Source: Methanomassiliicoccales archaeon
GTDB taxonomy: Archaea; Thermoplasmatota; Thermoplasmata; Methanomassiliicoccales; UBA472
Assembly: GCA_035506675.1 (NCBI GenBank)
Contig: DATJOX010000055.1
Coordinates: forward strand, 10,951 to 74,950
DNA length: 64,000 nt
Direction: 5' to 3'
The notes beneath the pieces were generated by a model, which saw only the letters and a program-made list of their open reading frames with translations, was not told where the DNA came from and searched no databases. This document shows positions 16,207-24,847 of the stretch, one piece after another. The position numbers were made by a program, and so were the translations under genes. Each line of letters opens with the position of its first letter. Positions within the stretch are counted from its first letter, which is position 1.

Positions 16207-18192
16207 TCAAGCCTTCGGTAAGACGCGGTTCTCCGCCAGCTTCTCGACGACCGTCGGATCGGCGAGCGTGGTTGTGTCTCCGATGTTGTCCATGTCGCCC
16301 GAGGCGATCTTCCTCAGGATGCGGCGCATGATCTTGCCGCTGCGCGTCTTCGGCAGTCCGGATGCGAATTGGATTGCTTCCGGCGCGGCGATCGGTCCGA
16401 CCACTGCCCGAACGTGCTTCACGAGATCCTTCTTCAGGTCCTCGGACTCTTCCACTCCAGACTTGAGAGTCACGAATGCGTAGATCGCCTCGCCCTTGAT
16501 CTCGTGCGGCATCGGCACGACCGCGGCTTCCGCGACTTTCGGGTGCGAGACCAGCGCGCTCTCGACCTCCGCAGCGCCGATGCGGTGCCCGGAAACTTTG
16601 ATGACGTCGTCCACGCGTCCCATTATCCAGATATACCCGTCCTTGTCCCTGCGCGCCCCGTCGCCCGTGAAGTAGACTTCCGGCCAGCGCGACCAATATG
16701 TCTCCTTGAAACGCTCGTGCTGCCCGTAAACGGTGCGCATGATGCCAGGCCAGGGCTTCTTGATCACGAGGTAGCCGCCCTCGTTCGGGCCAGCCTCGCT
16801 CCCGTCCTCCTTGAAGATCGCCGGCTCGATGCCGAAGAACGGCAGCGTGGCAGAACCTGGCTTCGTAGTGATGGCGCCGGGAAGGGGCGTGATCAGGATG
16901 CCTCCTGTCTCCGTTTGCCACCAGGTGTCGACTATTGGGCATCTCTCCCGTCCCACGTTCTTGTGATACCACATCCAAGCCTCCGGGTTGATCGGCTCTC
17001 CGACGGTGCCCAAGAGGCGGAGGGACGAGAGGTCGTGCATCTCCGGCCACTTCTCGCCCTCGCGCATCAGAGACCGGATGGCGGTGGGGGCGGTGTAAAA
17101 TATGTTGATCTTGAACTTCTCGACGATGTGCCAGAACCGGTCTACCTGGGGGTAGGTCGGCACGCCTTCGAACATGAGCGTCGTCGCTCCGGCCGAGAGA
17201 GGTCCGTAGACGATGTAGGAGTGCCCGGTGATCCAGCCGATGTCAGCGGTGCACCAGTAGGTGTCCTCGTCGCGGTAGTCGAAGATGTAGCGGAAGGTGG
17301 TGGTCGCGAACACCATGTACCCGCCGGTGGTGTGCAGCACGCCCTTCGGCTTGCCGGTCGAGCCCGAGGTGTAGAGGATGAAGAGCGGGTCCTCCGCATC
17401 CATGTGCTCCGCTTCGCAGACCGCCGAGGCATCCTGCATCTCCTCGTGATACCAGAAGTCGCGGCCCGCGGTCATACTGACCTCTGAGCCGGCGCGCTTG
17501 ACGACGATGACCTTCTCCACGCTCGTACCCTTTTGCAGGGCCAGGTCGGCGTGGGTCTTCAGCGAAATGTGCTTCCCGCTGCGGAAGGAGCCGTCGGCGG
17601 TGACGAGCACCTTGCACTTGGAGTCGTTGATACGGTCGCGCAACGACTCGGAGCTGAAGCCGCCGAACACGATCGAGTGCACAGCGCCGATGCGGGCGCA
17701 GGCGAGCATCGCGACCGCGAGCTCAGGGATCATGGGCAGGTAGATCGAGACACGATCTCCCTTCTGCACCCCCATTTTCTTGAGCACGTTCGCGAACTTG
17801 CAGACCTCGCGATGGAGTTGCTGGAAGGTGAGCGTGCGCACGTCCTCTTCTGGCTCACCTTGCCAGATTATAGCAGCCTTGTTCTTGTGCGGGCCGGCGA
17901 GATGCCTGTCGAGGCAGTTGTAGCTCGCGTTGAGCTTCCCCCCCTCGAACCACTTGATGATGACCTTCTGCTTGTCCCATGAGAACCCGCTCTTCCAAGT
18001 CGAGAACCAGTGAATCTCTTGCTTGGCGATCCTTTCCCAAAACGCCACTGGATCGGCGATAGACTCCCGGTAGATCTCTTCGTACTCGTCCATGCTTCTG
18101 ACCCGAGCCTTGCTGCTGAAATCCTTCGAGGGCTCGAATCTCCGGTCCTCTTCCATTACCGATTCAATGGTCTTGCCATCGGTCATCTTCAT
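16207..18192 (-). CDS. acs: AMP-forming acetyl-CoA synthetase
   Basis: [21 protein letters not shown] and a C-terminal SGKIMRR motif. I chose ATG 18192 (MKMTDGK) as the start; the longest ORF reaches 18279. Confidence 0.9.
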   Translation of the reverse strand: MKMTDGKTIESVMEEDRRFEPSKDFSSKARVRSMDEYEEIYRESIADPVAFWERIAKQEIHWFSTWKSGFSWDKQKVIIKWFEGGKLNASYNCLDRHLAGPHKNKAAIIWQGEPEEDVRTLTFQQLHREVCKFANVLKKMGVQKGDRVSIYLPMIPELAVAMLACARIGAVHSIVFGGFSSESLRDRINDSKCKVLVTADGSFRSGKHISLKTHADLALQKGTSVEKVIVVKRAGSEVSMTAGRDFWYHEEMQDASAVCEAEHMDAEDPLFILYTSGSTGKPKGVLHTTGGYMVFATTTFRYIFDYRDEDTYWCTADIGWITGHSYIVYGPLSAGATTLMFEGVPTYPQVDRFWHIVEKFKINIFYTAPTAIRSLMREGEKWPEMHDLSSLRLLGTVGEPINPEAWMWYHKNVGRERCPIVDTWWQTETGGILITPLPGAITTKPGSATLPFFGIEPAIFKEDGSEAGPNEGGYLVIKKPWPGIMRTVYGQHERFKETYWSRWPEVYFTGDGARRDKDGYIWIMGRVDDVIKVSGHRIGAAEVESALVSHPKVAEAAVVPMPHEIKGEAIYAFVTLKSGVEESEDLKKDLVKHVRAVVGPIAAPEAIQFASGLPKTRSGKIMRRILRKIASGDMDNIGDTTTLADPTVVEKLAENRVLPKA

Positions 18193-18367
18193 TCCCCAGC
18201 CGACTGTCCGCCGCTCGTCCAGAGTGGTCTGGTCGACGCTCTCGACCGCGGACTTCAGGAAGGTATAACCGAGATTCATATAATCGTTGCGTGAAGGCCA
18301 TCCGACAAATGACGAATGGTGCCGAAATCCCTCGATTGACTGCGAAAAGCGAAGGGGTGAGGTTCGG

Positions 18368-18400
18368 AAGGAGGGGGTTGAGGTGGCAAGCCCCCTCCTT
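18368..18400 (-). terminator. GC-rich hairpin between the small acidic-protein gene and acs
   Basis: AAGGAGGGGG-13 nt loop-CCCCCTCCTT, a perfect 10-bp stem about 25 nt after the stop at 18424. There is no clear T-tract. Confidence 0.3.
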
Positions 18401-18423
18401 TCATAGGCAAATATGTTGGAGGA

Positions 18424-18645
18424 CTAGCTCTTGACGGAATAGTGTCCGTGGTCCTTGTGCTTGGTGAACTCCTTCTCGATGGACCTGAGTTCAGTGTAGA
18501 ACTCTTCTAGATCGTCGGCTGGCTCCCCATGGGCTTCCACTTCGTGTGCCAGTGCCTTGACCTCTCCCACTGTGTGCTTCTTCATCCAAGCTTCGACGTC
18601 GGGCTCGAATTCCAGCCCTTCGACGTAGACGTCCTCCAACTTCAT
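18424..18645 (-). CDS. Hypothetical acidic 73-aa protein
   Basis: MKLEDVYVEGLEFEPDVEAWMKKHTVGEVKALAHEVEAHGEPADDLEEFYTELRSIEKEFTKHKDHGHYSVKS. No family recognised. An alternative in-frame ATG lies at 18675. Confidence 0.4.
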   Translation of the reverse strand: MKLEDVYVEGLEFEPDVEAWMKKHTVGEVKALAHEVEAHGEPADDLEEFYTELRSIEKEFTKHKDHGHYSVKS

Positions 18646-18648
18646 CTG

Positions 18649-18692
18649 TGCATCCCATCCCGAAGACGTTTGCATCCCATCCCGAAAGTGTT
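18649..18692. repeat. Tandem 22-bp direct repeat (2 copies)
   Basis: tgcatcccatcccgaagacgtt / tgcatcccatcccgaaagtgtt, directly abutting ATG 18645 of the minus-strand gene. Confidence 0.8.
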
Positions 18693-18748
18693 TGCTTTGT
18701 GTCTTTGTCCGATGTTTGTCGGACGAAAACCAAGTATGCGTCATACAG

Positions 18749-18760
18749 TATATAATTATT
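18749..18760 (-). promoter_or_regulatory. Strong A/T block (TATATAATTATT), candidate TATA box for the small acidic-protein gene
   Basis: It is the only extended A/T run in the 18646..18887 intergenic region and lies about 105 nt upstream of ATG 18645. Confidence 0.4.
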
Positions 18761-18887
18761 TGGTCTCCGTCTTGAGTCAGCGTGTGGCCAGACCGATCCT
18801 CCAAAGCAAGCCAGTTCTGGGAAGCGCGTCAAAAGGTTTTTCTTGAGACCACGCCATTATCGCACAAAACCCAGGGGTGCACTAGGG

Positions 18888-21800
18888 ATGGGATTACTCG
18901 ATTCGATTACTGATAGGGAAACGAAGGCGCTGAAGAAGGCTCAAAAACTGATGGAGAGCACTGCGGGCGTCGTTCCCATGGAGAATCTGACCAAGGCCAG
19001 GGATCAACTGACTGAGGTCTCCGTAGATCCGAACCTCGGGCGCAAGCAAGAGTTCTCTGACGCTTACGTTCGCCTGAGCGACCTGTTCCTCCGAGGAGGC
19101 AACGCTGCAGATGCGTCCCTCGCGGCAGACAACGCGATGAGACTGGTGCCTGGAAGTGTTCCTGCTGTCATTGCACGCGCAAAAGCCTCTTCGGCCTCTG
19201 GCAAGGTGGAGGAAGCCATCAGAGCCATCGATTGGGCTCTGAACCAGAACCCGTCTGACAAGACACTCCTAGTTGAGCGCGGCTGGGTCTACGATCGTGC
19301 TGGCAACGATAGCGGCGCGGTCGACTCGTGGAAGAGGGCCGCGGAAGTGGACCCGCAAGATCTCTCCGTCCTCGACCTTCTTGCCAACAAGTCGCGCGAG
19401 AAAGAGTACTGGCTGAGGAAGAAGGGGGACGCCCAGATGGCGAAAGGTACGTACGCGGAAGCGGCGACGACCTTCGACGAAGCTCTCGCTGGCGACCCCA
19501 ACAATGTGGAGGTGCTCACTGAGAAAGGAAAGGCGCTCATGCTCGCTGGCAAGTATGACGAAGCGGGCGACGTCTACGAAACGGTGCTCCGCCTGGACTC
19601 ACGTAACTTCACAGCGCACCTGAACCGCGCAAGGGCCATGCGCCAGAAGCACGATGACCTGGCAGCGATCCAGCACTACAAGGAGGCGCTCCGCTCCAAC
19701 CCTACCGACAAATCAACATGGGTTGAGGTCGCGACGCTCCTCGAATCCTTGAGCCGGTTGGACGAGGCGCTCAAGGCCTTCGAACGCTCGCTCGAGCTGG
19801 ATCCGAAGTTCCTTCCAGGGCTGGAAGGCAAGTGTGGAGTTCTCAGGGCGCAGGAGCGCGACGAGGAGGTCGTCGTCTGCGCCAATGAGATCATCGCACT
19901 GAACAAAGACGACCTGCTCACGCACTCGATCATGATCGGCGCGCTCATGAAGCTTGGCCGATACCAGGAGGCGCTCGACGCCATCGAGGAATCGCTCAAG
20001 GTGGCGCCCAAGGACCGCGACCTATTGGAAAGGAAGCGCACGGCCCTAAAAGAACTGGGCAAGCACGAGGAAGTGATCAAGGTCGCGAACGAAACGGTCA
20101 CGCACCACGACGAGGACGCCGCGACCCTGTACGATCTCGGCATGGCGCTCGTTCTCACTGGAAAATACGAGGAGGCTTTGAAGCCCCTCGAGAAGTCCCT
20201 CAAGCTGCAACCGGACCGCGAGAGCGCGCTCGTCGCGATCAAGGAGTGCTACAAGCACGTCGGCAAGGACAAGGACGTCCTGGCGACCTGCGACCGCATA
20301 CTCGATCTCAATCCACGCAACAAGGACGCCCTCGAGGACAAGGCGATCGCCCTGGACCGCTTGGACAGGAAGGACGAGGCCATCGAGACCTATGAGAAGA
20401 TAATCGAGCTCGACCCGGAGGACGAAGAGATCCTCGCGGACCTGGCGGTCGCGTACTTCTCGAAGGAGAAGCACGAGGAAGCGCTCAGCCGCGCGCGAAT
20501 GGGGACCGAGCGGTTCCCCACCAACCCCCTGTTCTGGATGGTGAGCGGCGACGCGCTCTTCGCTTTGGGCAAGGCGGAGGAGGCGGCAGAGTCGTTCCAG
20601 AAGGCCGTGGAGCTCAAGCCCAACGATAAGCGCTTGCTGTACTCGAGGGGTCTGGCCCTGGAAGCGGCGCACCACTGCGAGGAGGCCGTCGCCTGCTACG
20701 ACGAGGCGCTCCAGATGGACTCCAACGACAAGAACCTCTGGATCTCGAAGGGGGTCGCGCTCGAATGGCTGCAGCGCTACCCCGAGGCCCTCAAGTCCTA
20801 CGATCTTGCGCTCTCCCTCGATCCCAACAACGCTTTCGCCCACGTGCGCCGCGGCCAAGTGCTGGCCAAGCTGGAGCGACACGATGAGGCGGTGGGCGCG
20901 TTCGACCGCGCGATCGATCTCGGCACAAAGGACGTCGAGGTGCTGGAGGCGAAGAAGGACTCTCTCAAGGTGCTCGGCAAGCACGACGATGTGATGAAGG
21001 TGGCCGCGCACATCACCAAGGTCGACCCGAAGAACACCAAGGCCTGGGTGGACCGCGGGCTCTCGGCGCAGAAGACGAACGATCTGGACGAGGCGGAGCG
21101 CTGCTTCGACCGGGCGCTCGAGATCGAACCCGAGAACCTGGACATCCTGGAGCGCAAGAAGTCCGTTGCGATCCAGAAGCAGGACTCGCAGAAGGTCGTG
21201 GACGTCTGCGCGAGGATCCTGCAGCTCGACCCTCGCAACAAGAACGCCCACGTGGACATGGCCCGCGCGCTTGAGGTGCTGGGCAAGCTGGAGGGGGCGG
21301 TGAGCGAGTACGACGCCGCCCTCGCGCTCGATGACCAGGACCGCACGCTCTACAATCGCAAGGGGCTCGCACTGATCTCACTTGAGCGCTACGGCGCCGC
21401 GGTGGAGGCGTTCGACGCGGCCTATCATTTGGATCCGGACGATCCACGAACACTCGACAACAAGGGCCGCGCGCTCCTTCTATTGCACTCATACCAGGAC
21501 GCCCTCGAGGTGTTCGACCAGTGTTCCAAGATCTCGCCCCAGACCGCGCAGTACCAAGCAGACCGCGGACGCGCCCTCGCCTCGCTTGAACGGTACGATG
21601 AGGCGGTGCAGGCGTTCGATTCCGCGCTCGCAATCGATCGGCGCGACGGACAGACCTGGAAGTACAAGGGCACGGCGCTGCTCAAGCTCGGGAAGTACGA
21701 GGAGTCGGTCGCTTGCTTCAACCGGGCGATCGACTACGGCGCGATAGATCAGTCGGTGTACAAGTCGAAGGCCCGGGCGCTCGAGGAGCTGGGCCGCCTG

Positions 21801-23189
21801 CCCGACTCGCTCGAGTGCTATCAGAAGGCGATGACATTCGACGACAAGGACCCCGGGCTGTGGGCAAGGATCGGCGGCGTGCAGGCCCGCCTGGGCGATG
21901 TCGAGAGCGCAGCGGGCTCGATAGACCGCTCGCTCCAGATCGACCCGCGCAACAAGAAGGGTTGGCTCGAGCGCGGGGCGCTCATGGAGAAGCTCGGCAA
22001 ATACGAAGAGGCGCTCAAATCCTACGATTCCGCGATCGGCATCGATCCCTCGGACCCGTTCGCCTGGAATGGGAAGGGGATGATACTGCTGCAGTTCGGG
22101 ACGGACGATCAGGCGGTGAGGGCGTTCGACCGCGCTCTGGAACTGAATCCATCGATGGAGTCTGCCGCCGAGGGAAAGCGCATCGTGCAGAGAAGGCTGC
22201 ACGAGCTGGAAGTCTCCGCTTGGGCGGTGAAGGTGCTGCAGGCCGAGCACCGCCGCGGCGGGGAGATGACCAAGGAGGACGCGTTCCGCGAGTGCGGCAT
22301 TCCATATTCAAGCCTTGATGAGGTCTTCGAGTACCTGGAGCAGCCGGAGCCAGTCGACGTGAACGCGTTGAGCGAAACGGAGTTCGCGGACTATGAGGAC
22401 CTGTCCCGGCGCGTGCTCCTGGCGGCCTATAGGAACCCCGGCGTGTCGCGGCACGGACTGCGCGTTTCCGACGTGCTGATGAATCTGCCGGACGAGGACG
22501 TGGCCACGGCAAAGAAGGTCTACTCGTACATCCAGCGCGTCAACGAACTGGAGTTCCGACCGGGCAAGCCCGATCCGGAGTCGGAGAAGCTGCTGCGCAA
22601 CGCGCTCTCCCTCCCGGAGGAGAAGCGCTCCGCCGTCGGGCTGATGGAGAACCTCGGCATCGGCATCTACCAGGCGCGCAAGCTCATCGGCATGATGCAG
22701 GGCTTCCGTGGCCCGGGAAGGAAGGCAGCCCCGGTGAAGGTCAAGGAGTTGCACGAAGAGGAGGAGCTGGTCGAGCTGGACCAAGGGCCGGCGGCGCCGA
22801 CCAAGGACCTGGTGGAACGCGCGACGGAGCACAAGCGCACCGAACCCAGGCCCGCTCGGAAACCGAATCCCTACGAGGCGCCGGAACTCTACGTGCGCAC
22901 CAAACAAGAGAAGCAGCCGGTGGAGAAGGATGAGAAGGAGGAAGCGCAGGAGCCCAAAGGCAGAAGGTGCCTCTTCCACGGCGGATTGGCGGTCATGAAA
23001 TGCCCCTCGTGCGGTTCAGTGCTCTGCAAGGAGTGCACGGCCTCGGGGGCGTGCCCGCGCTGCAAGACGAACCTGGGGACGGCCCCGGCGCGCAAGCAGA
23101 GGGCGGAAGTGCCAGAGGGCGAGGAAGAGGAATCGAAGGATTCGGCTGGGCCATCGGCGGAGCAGCCCCGGGACTGGAGCAGGCTCTAG
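18888..23189 (+). CDS. Giant TPR-repeat protein (about 30 TPR units) with a C-terminal cysteine-rich zinc module
   Basis: TPR units run from about aa 100 to 1080 (e.g. AxxxYxxALxxDPxN repeated). A helical region and a K/E-rich linker follow. The C-terminus is C-x2-H-x7-C-x2-C-x4-C-x2-C-x5-C-x2-C (22968..23063). I chose ATG 18888, 28 nt after a cATTATcg box; the longest ORF starts at TTG 18843. Confidence 0.85.
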   Translation: MGLLDSITDRETKALKKAQKLMESTAGVVPMENLTKARDQLTEVSVDPNLGRKQEFSDAYVRLSDLFLRGGNAADASLAADNAMRLVPGSVPAVIARAKASSASGKVEEAIRAIDWALNQNPSDKTLLVERGWVYDRAGNDSGAVDSWKRAAEVDPQDLSVLDLLANKSREKEYWLRKKGDAQMAKGTYAEAATTFDEALAGDPNNVEVLTEKGKALMLAGKYDEAGDVYETVLRLDSRNFTAHLNRARAMRQKHDDLAAIQHYKEALRSNPTDKSTWVEVATLLESLSRLDEALKAFERSLELDPKFLPGLEGKCGVLRAQERDEEVVVCANEIIALNKDDLLTHSIMIGALMKLGRYQEALDAIEESLKVAPKDRDLLERKRTALKELGKHEEVIKVANETVTHHDEDAATLYDLGMALVLTGKYEEALKPLEKSLKLQPDRESALVAIKECYKHVGKDKDVLATCDRILDLNPRNKDALEDKAIALDRLDRKDEAIETYEKIIELDPEDEEILADLAVAYFSKEKHEEALSRARMGTERFPTNPLFWMVSGDALFALGKAEEAAESFQKAVELKPNDKRLLYSRGLALEAAHHCEEAVACYDEALQMDSNDKNLWISKGVALEWLQRYPEALKSYDLALSLDPNNAFAHVRRGQVLAKLERHDEAVGAFDRAIDLGTKDVEVLEAKKDSLKVLGKHDDVMKVAAHITKVDPKNTKAWVDRGLSAQKTNDLDEAERCFDRALEIEPENLDILERKKSVAIQKQDSQKVVDVCARILQLDPRNKNAHVDMARALEVLGKLEGAVSEYDAALALDDQDRTLYNRKGLALISLERYGAAVEAFDAAYHLDPDDPRTLDNKGRALLLLHSYQDALEVFDQCSKISPQTAQYQADRGRALASLERYDEAVQAFDSALAIDRRDGQTWKYKGTALLKLGKYEESVACFNRAIDYGAIDQSVYKSKARALEELGRLPDSLECYQKAMTFDDKDPGLWARIGGVQARLGDVESAAGSIDRSLQIDPRNKKGWLERGALMEKLGKYEEALKSYDSAIGIDPSDPFAWNGKGMILLQFGTDDQAVRAFDRALELNPSMESAAEGKRIVQRRLHELEVSAWAVKVLQAEHRRGGEMTKEDAFRECGIPYSSLDEVFEYLEQPEPVDVNALSETEFADYEDLSRRVLLAAYRNPGVSRHGLRVSDVLMNLPDEDVATAKKVYSYIQRVNELEFRPGKPDPESEKLLRNALSLPEEKRSAVGLMENLGIGIYQARKLIGMMQGFRGPGRKAAPVKVKELHEEEELVELDQGPAAPTKDLVERATEHKRTEPRPARKPNPYEAPELYVRTKQEKQPVEKDEKEEAQEPKGRRCLFHGGLAVMKCPSCGSVLCKECTASGACPRCKTNLGTAPARKQRAEVPEGEEEESKDSAGPSAEQPRDWSRL

Positions 23190-24526
23190 TCCGCCCGCTC
23201 ATCCTCGGCGGCGTGCATCTCGCGGTCGGCGTCGATCTGGTCGAGCTTGGTGTACTCGCGCAGCAAGGAGGTGGCGTAGCACCCCTTGTCGAGCGCGAAC
23301 GAGAAAATGACGTCCGCTCCTTCAACTCTGGCCGAGAACGACTTCAGGTGCGCGACGATCTCCCTGTGGCTGCCCCGAGAGCTGCACTTCTGCAGAAGGG
23401 GCACGACGAAGTCCTCGGCTCTGATGCCCTCTTCGCCTCGGATTCGCGCTTCCAGCTCTCCGACCTCTCCCTGCACGATGACACTGTCCGAGCCGAAGAG
23501 CGTCCCTCCGACCGCCGCCCTGCCATTGCCCACCTGCATCGCCACGAGGTCGACGTTCAGTTTCGTGACCGGCACCGGCTTGTCGTGGTCCGGCAACCCG
23601 TCGCGATCGATTGGCAAGACGACGTCTCCGATCTGCGGCACGTTCAGCGGAATGCCGCGGCGGATGCGGGCGCAAAGCGCGCGGTTGAACAGGTACGATT
23701 GGTATGCGTGCACGAACATCATCTGCAGGTTCGGAGGCAGCACCCCTAACGCCCCAACGTAGTCGCCGGGATTCCTTGCCAGGTAGCCGACGATCATGCG
23801 CTCGAAGGTGAGCGCCTTGGGGTACATGTTGATCGCGCCGGCGTAGTCCCTCGTCTCGGTGACGTAGGCTCTCGCTTCTCTCGCCTCATCGCTCTCCTGC
23901 GCCACTGGATTACCGACGTACGCGAGACATGCCGCCTCGAAGTCACCTTTCACGATATGCTTGCCGACCACGTGGGTGATCGGACGGAGCGAGCCGAACC
24001 GCTGCACTCCGAAGAAGTTGGCGAAGCCACCGAGGGACGAGAGTTGGCCCGAGGTCTCGTGCAGGGACGCCTCCAATTCCTGGCTCTGCAGCTTGCAGTC
24101 ACGCACCTTGATCTCGAAAGAGTTGCCGATAAGGTCGCCGATGGTGACGTGCTTGCGCGAGCGGTAGGCGCCGGAGATGCTGATGTCCTTCAGAGCGATT
24201 GCGTTCACCGCCTCCAGCGGTGCCTCGAACGCCATGAGCTGGGAGGTCACGGCGCGCTTGTCCTTCGTGCCCGCGAACATTATCCTGTTCCGGGAAACGC
24301 CGAGAGAGTGCGCCATCATGCGCACTAAGCGGTTCGTCTCCCAGTTGCGTGTGGTGACGGTCGCGATAATGTATCGACCGTTCTCATCCTTCTCAGGGAA
24401 GCGCGAGATCTCCGTCACTGCGAAGTCCTCAGGTTCGCGCTTCAGCACTCCGCCTATTCCTTTGGAATCGGTGTAGAACAGCTCCAGGCCGACGACCCTC
24501 TCCGAGCCGAGGCTCTCGAGCGCCAT
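23186..24526 (-). CDS. truD: tRNA pseudouridine synthase TruD/Pus7
   Basis: REPEDFAVTEI and FAGTKDKRAVTSQ motifs; 446 aa. Confidence 0.85.
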   Translation of the reverse strand: MALESLGSERVVGLELFYTDSKGIGGVLKREPEDFAVTEISRFPEKDENGRYIIATVTTRNWETNRLVRMMAHSLGVSRNRIMFAGTKDKRAVTSQLMAFEAPLEAVNAIALKDISISGAYRSRKHVTIGDLIGNSFEIKVRDCKLQSQELEASLHETSGQLSSLGGFANFFGVQRFGSLRPITHVVGKHIVKGDFEAACLAYVGNPVAQESDEAREARAYVTETRDYAGAINMYPKALTFERMIVGYLARNPGDYVGALGVLPPNLQMMFVHAYQSYLFNRALCARIRRGIPLNVPQIGDVVLPIDRDGLPDHDKPVPVTKLNVDLVAMQVGNGRAAVGGTLFGSDSVIVQGEVGELEARIRGEEGIRAEDFVVPLLQKCSSRGSHREIVAHLKSFSARVEGADVIFSFALDKGCYATSLLREYTKLDQIDADREMHAAEDERAD

Positions 24527-24529
24527 ACC

Positions 24530-24805
24530 CTACTTCAGTTCCTTGGCCAGCTTGTCCCCGGCCTCTTTGAACTCGTTGGCGAGCGCCTTCGCCGCGCGCT
24601 TCAGGGCGGTCTGGGGCTTGCCGGCGTTCACGCGCACGAAAAGCGTCGGAACGTCTAGCTCGGGGTGCGCCGAAGTGTACTTCACCTCGGTCACCTGCTC
24701 GTCCGCGAGCAGCTCCTTGACGAGCGGCGAGATCAAGGTCATGTCCGCATCCTTGATCAGGATCTTGATTGAATCCTTGTCCTTCTCGATGAGCTGAATC
24801 TCCAT
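24530..24805 (-). CDS. rpoL: DNA-directed RNA polymerase subunit L (Rpo11)
   Basis: 91 aa. MEIQLIEKDKDSIKILIKDADMTLISPLVKELLADEQV...HPELDVPTLFVRV is collinear with archaeal RpoL. Confidence 0.7.
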   Translation of the reverse strand: MEIQLIEKDKDSIKILIKDADMTLISPLVKELLADEQVTEVKYTSAHPELDVPTLFVRVNAGKPQTALKRAAKALANEFKEAGDKLAKELK

Positions 24806-24847
24806 GTTCCTGCCGATGCCAAGTGCGTTATTAAAACTTTGGATTTT

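Noticed and set aside
18368-18400. The 10-bp GC hairpin AAGGAGGGGG/CCCCCTCCTT as a riboswitch or regulatory RNA.
   Set aside because: It is a single isolated stem located just after a stop codon, so a transcript-end or insulator role is the simplest reading. It has no flanking conserved-looking structure.
20046-21251. Long antisense or out-of-frame ORFs throughout the track, for example 20046..21251 (401 aa, opposite the TPR gene), 57923..59737 (604 aa, opposite hypF), 27141..28169, 16369..17487, 34709..35719 and 50364..51350.
   Set aside because: These are typical shadow ORFs of GC-rich DNA. They are Arg/Ala/Gly/Pro/His-rich and low in complexity, carry no recognisable motifs, and each lies opposite a gene with unambiguous family signatures.
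23187-23189. Possibility of amber (TAG) recoding or pyrrolysine usage, as in some methylotrophic methanogens.
   Set aside because: TAG is used as an ordinary stop by several well-defined genes here (the TPR gene, truD, the antiporter, arcS and DUF45). No methylamine methyltransferase or pyl genes are present, and no gene shows an in-frame TAG.
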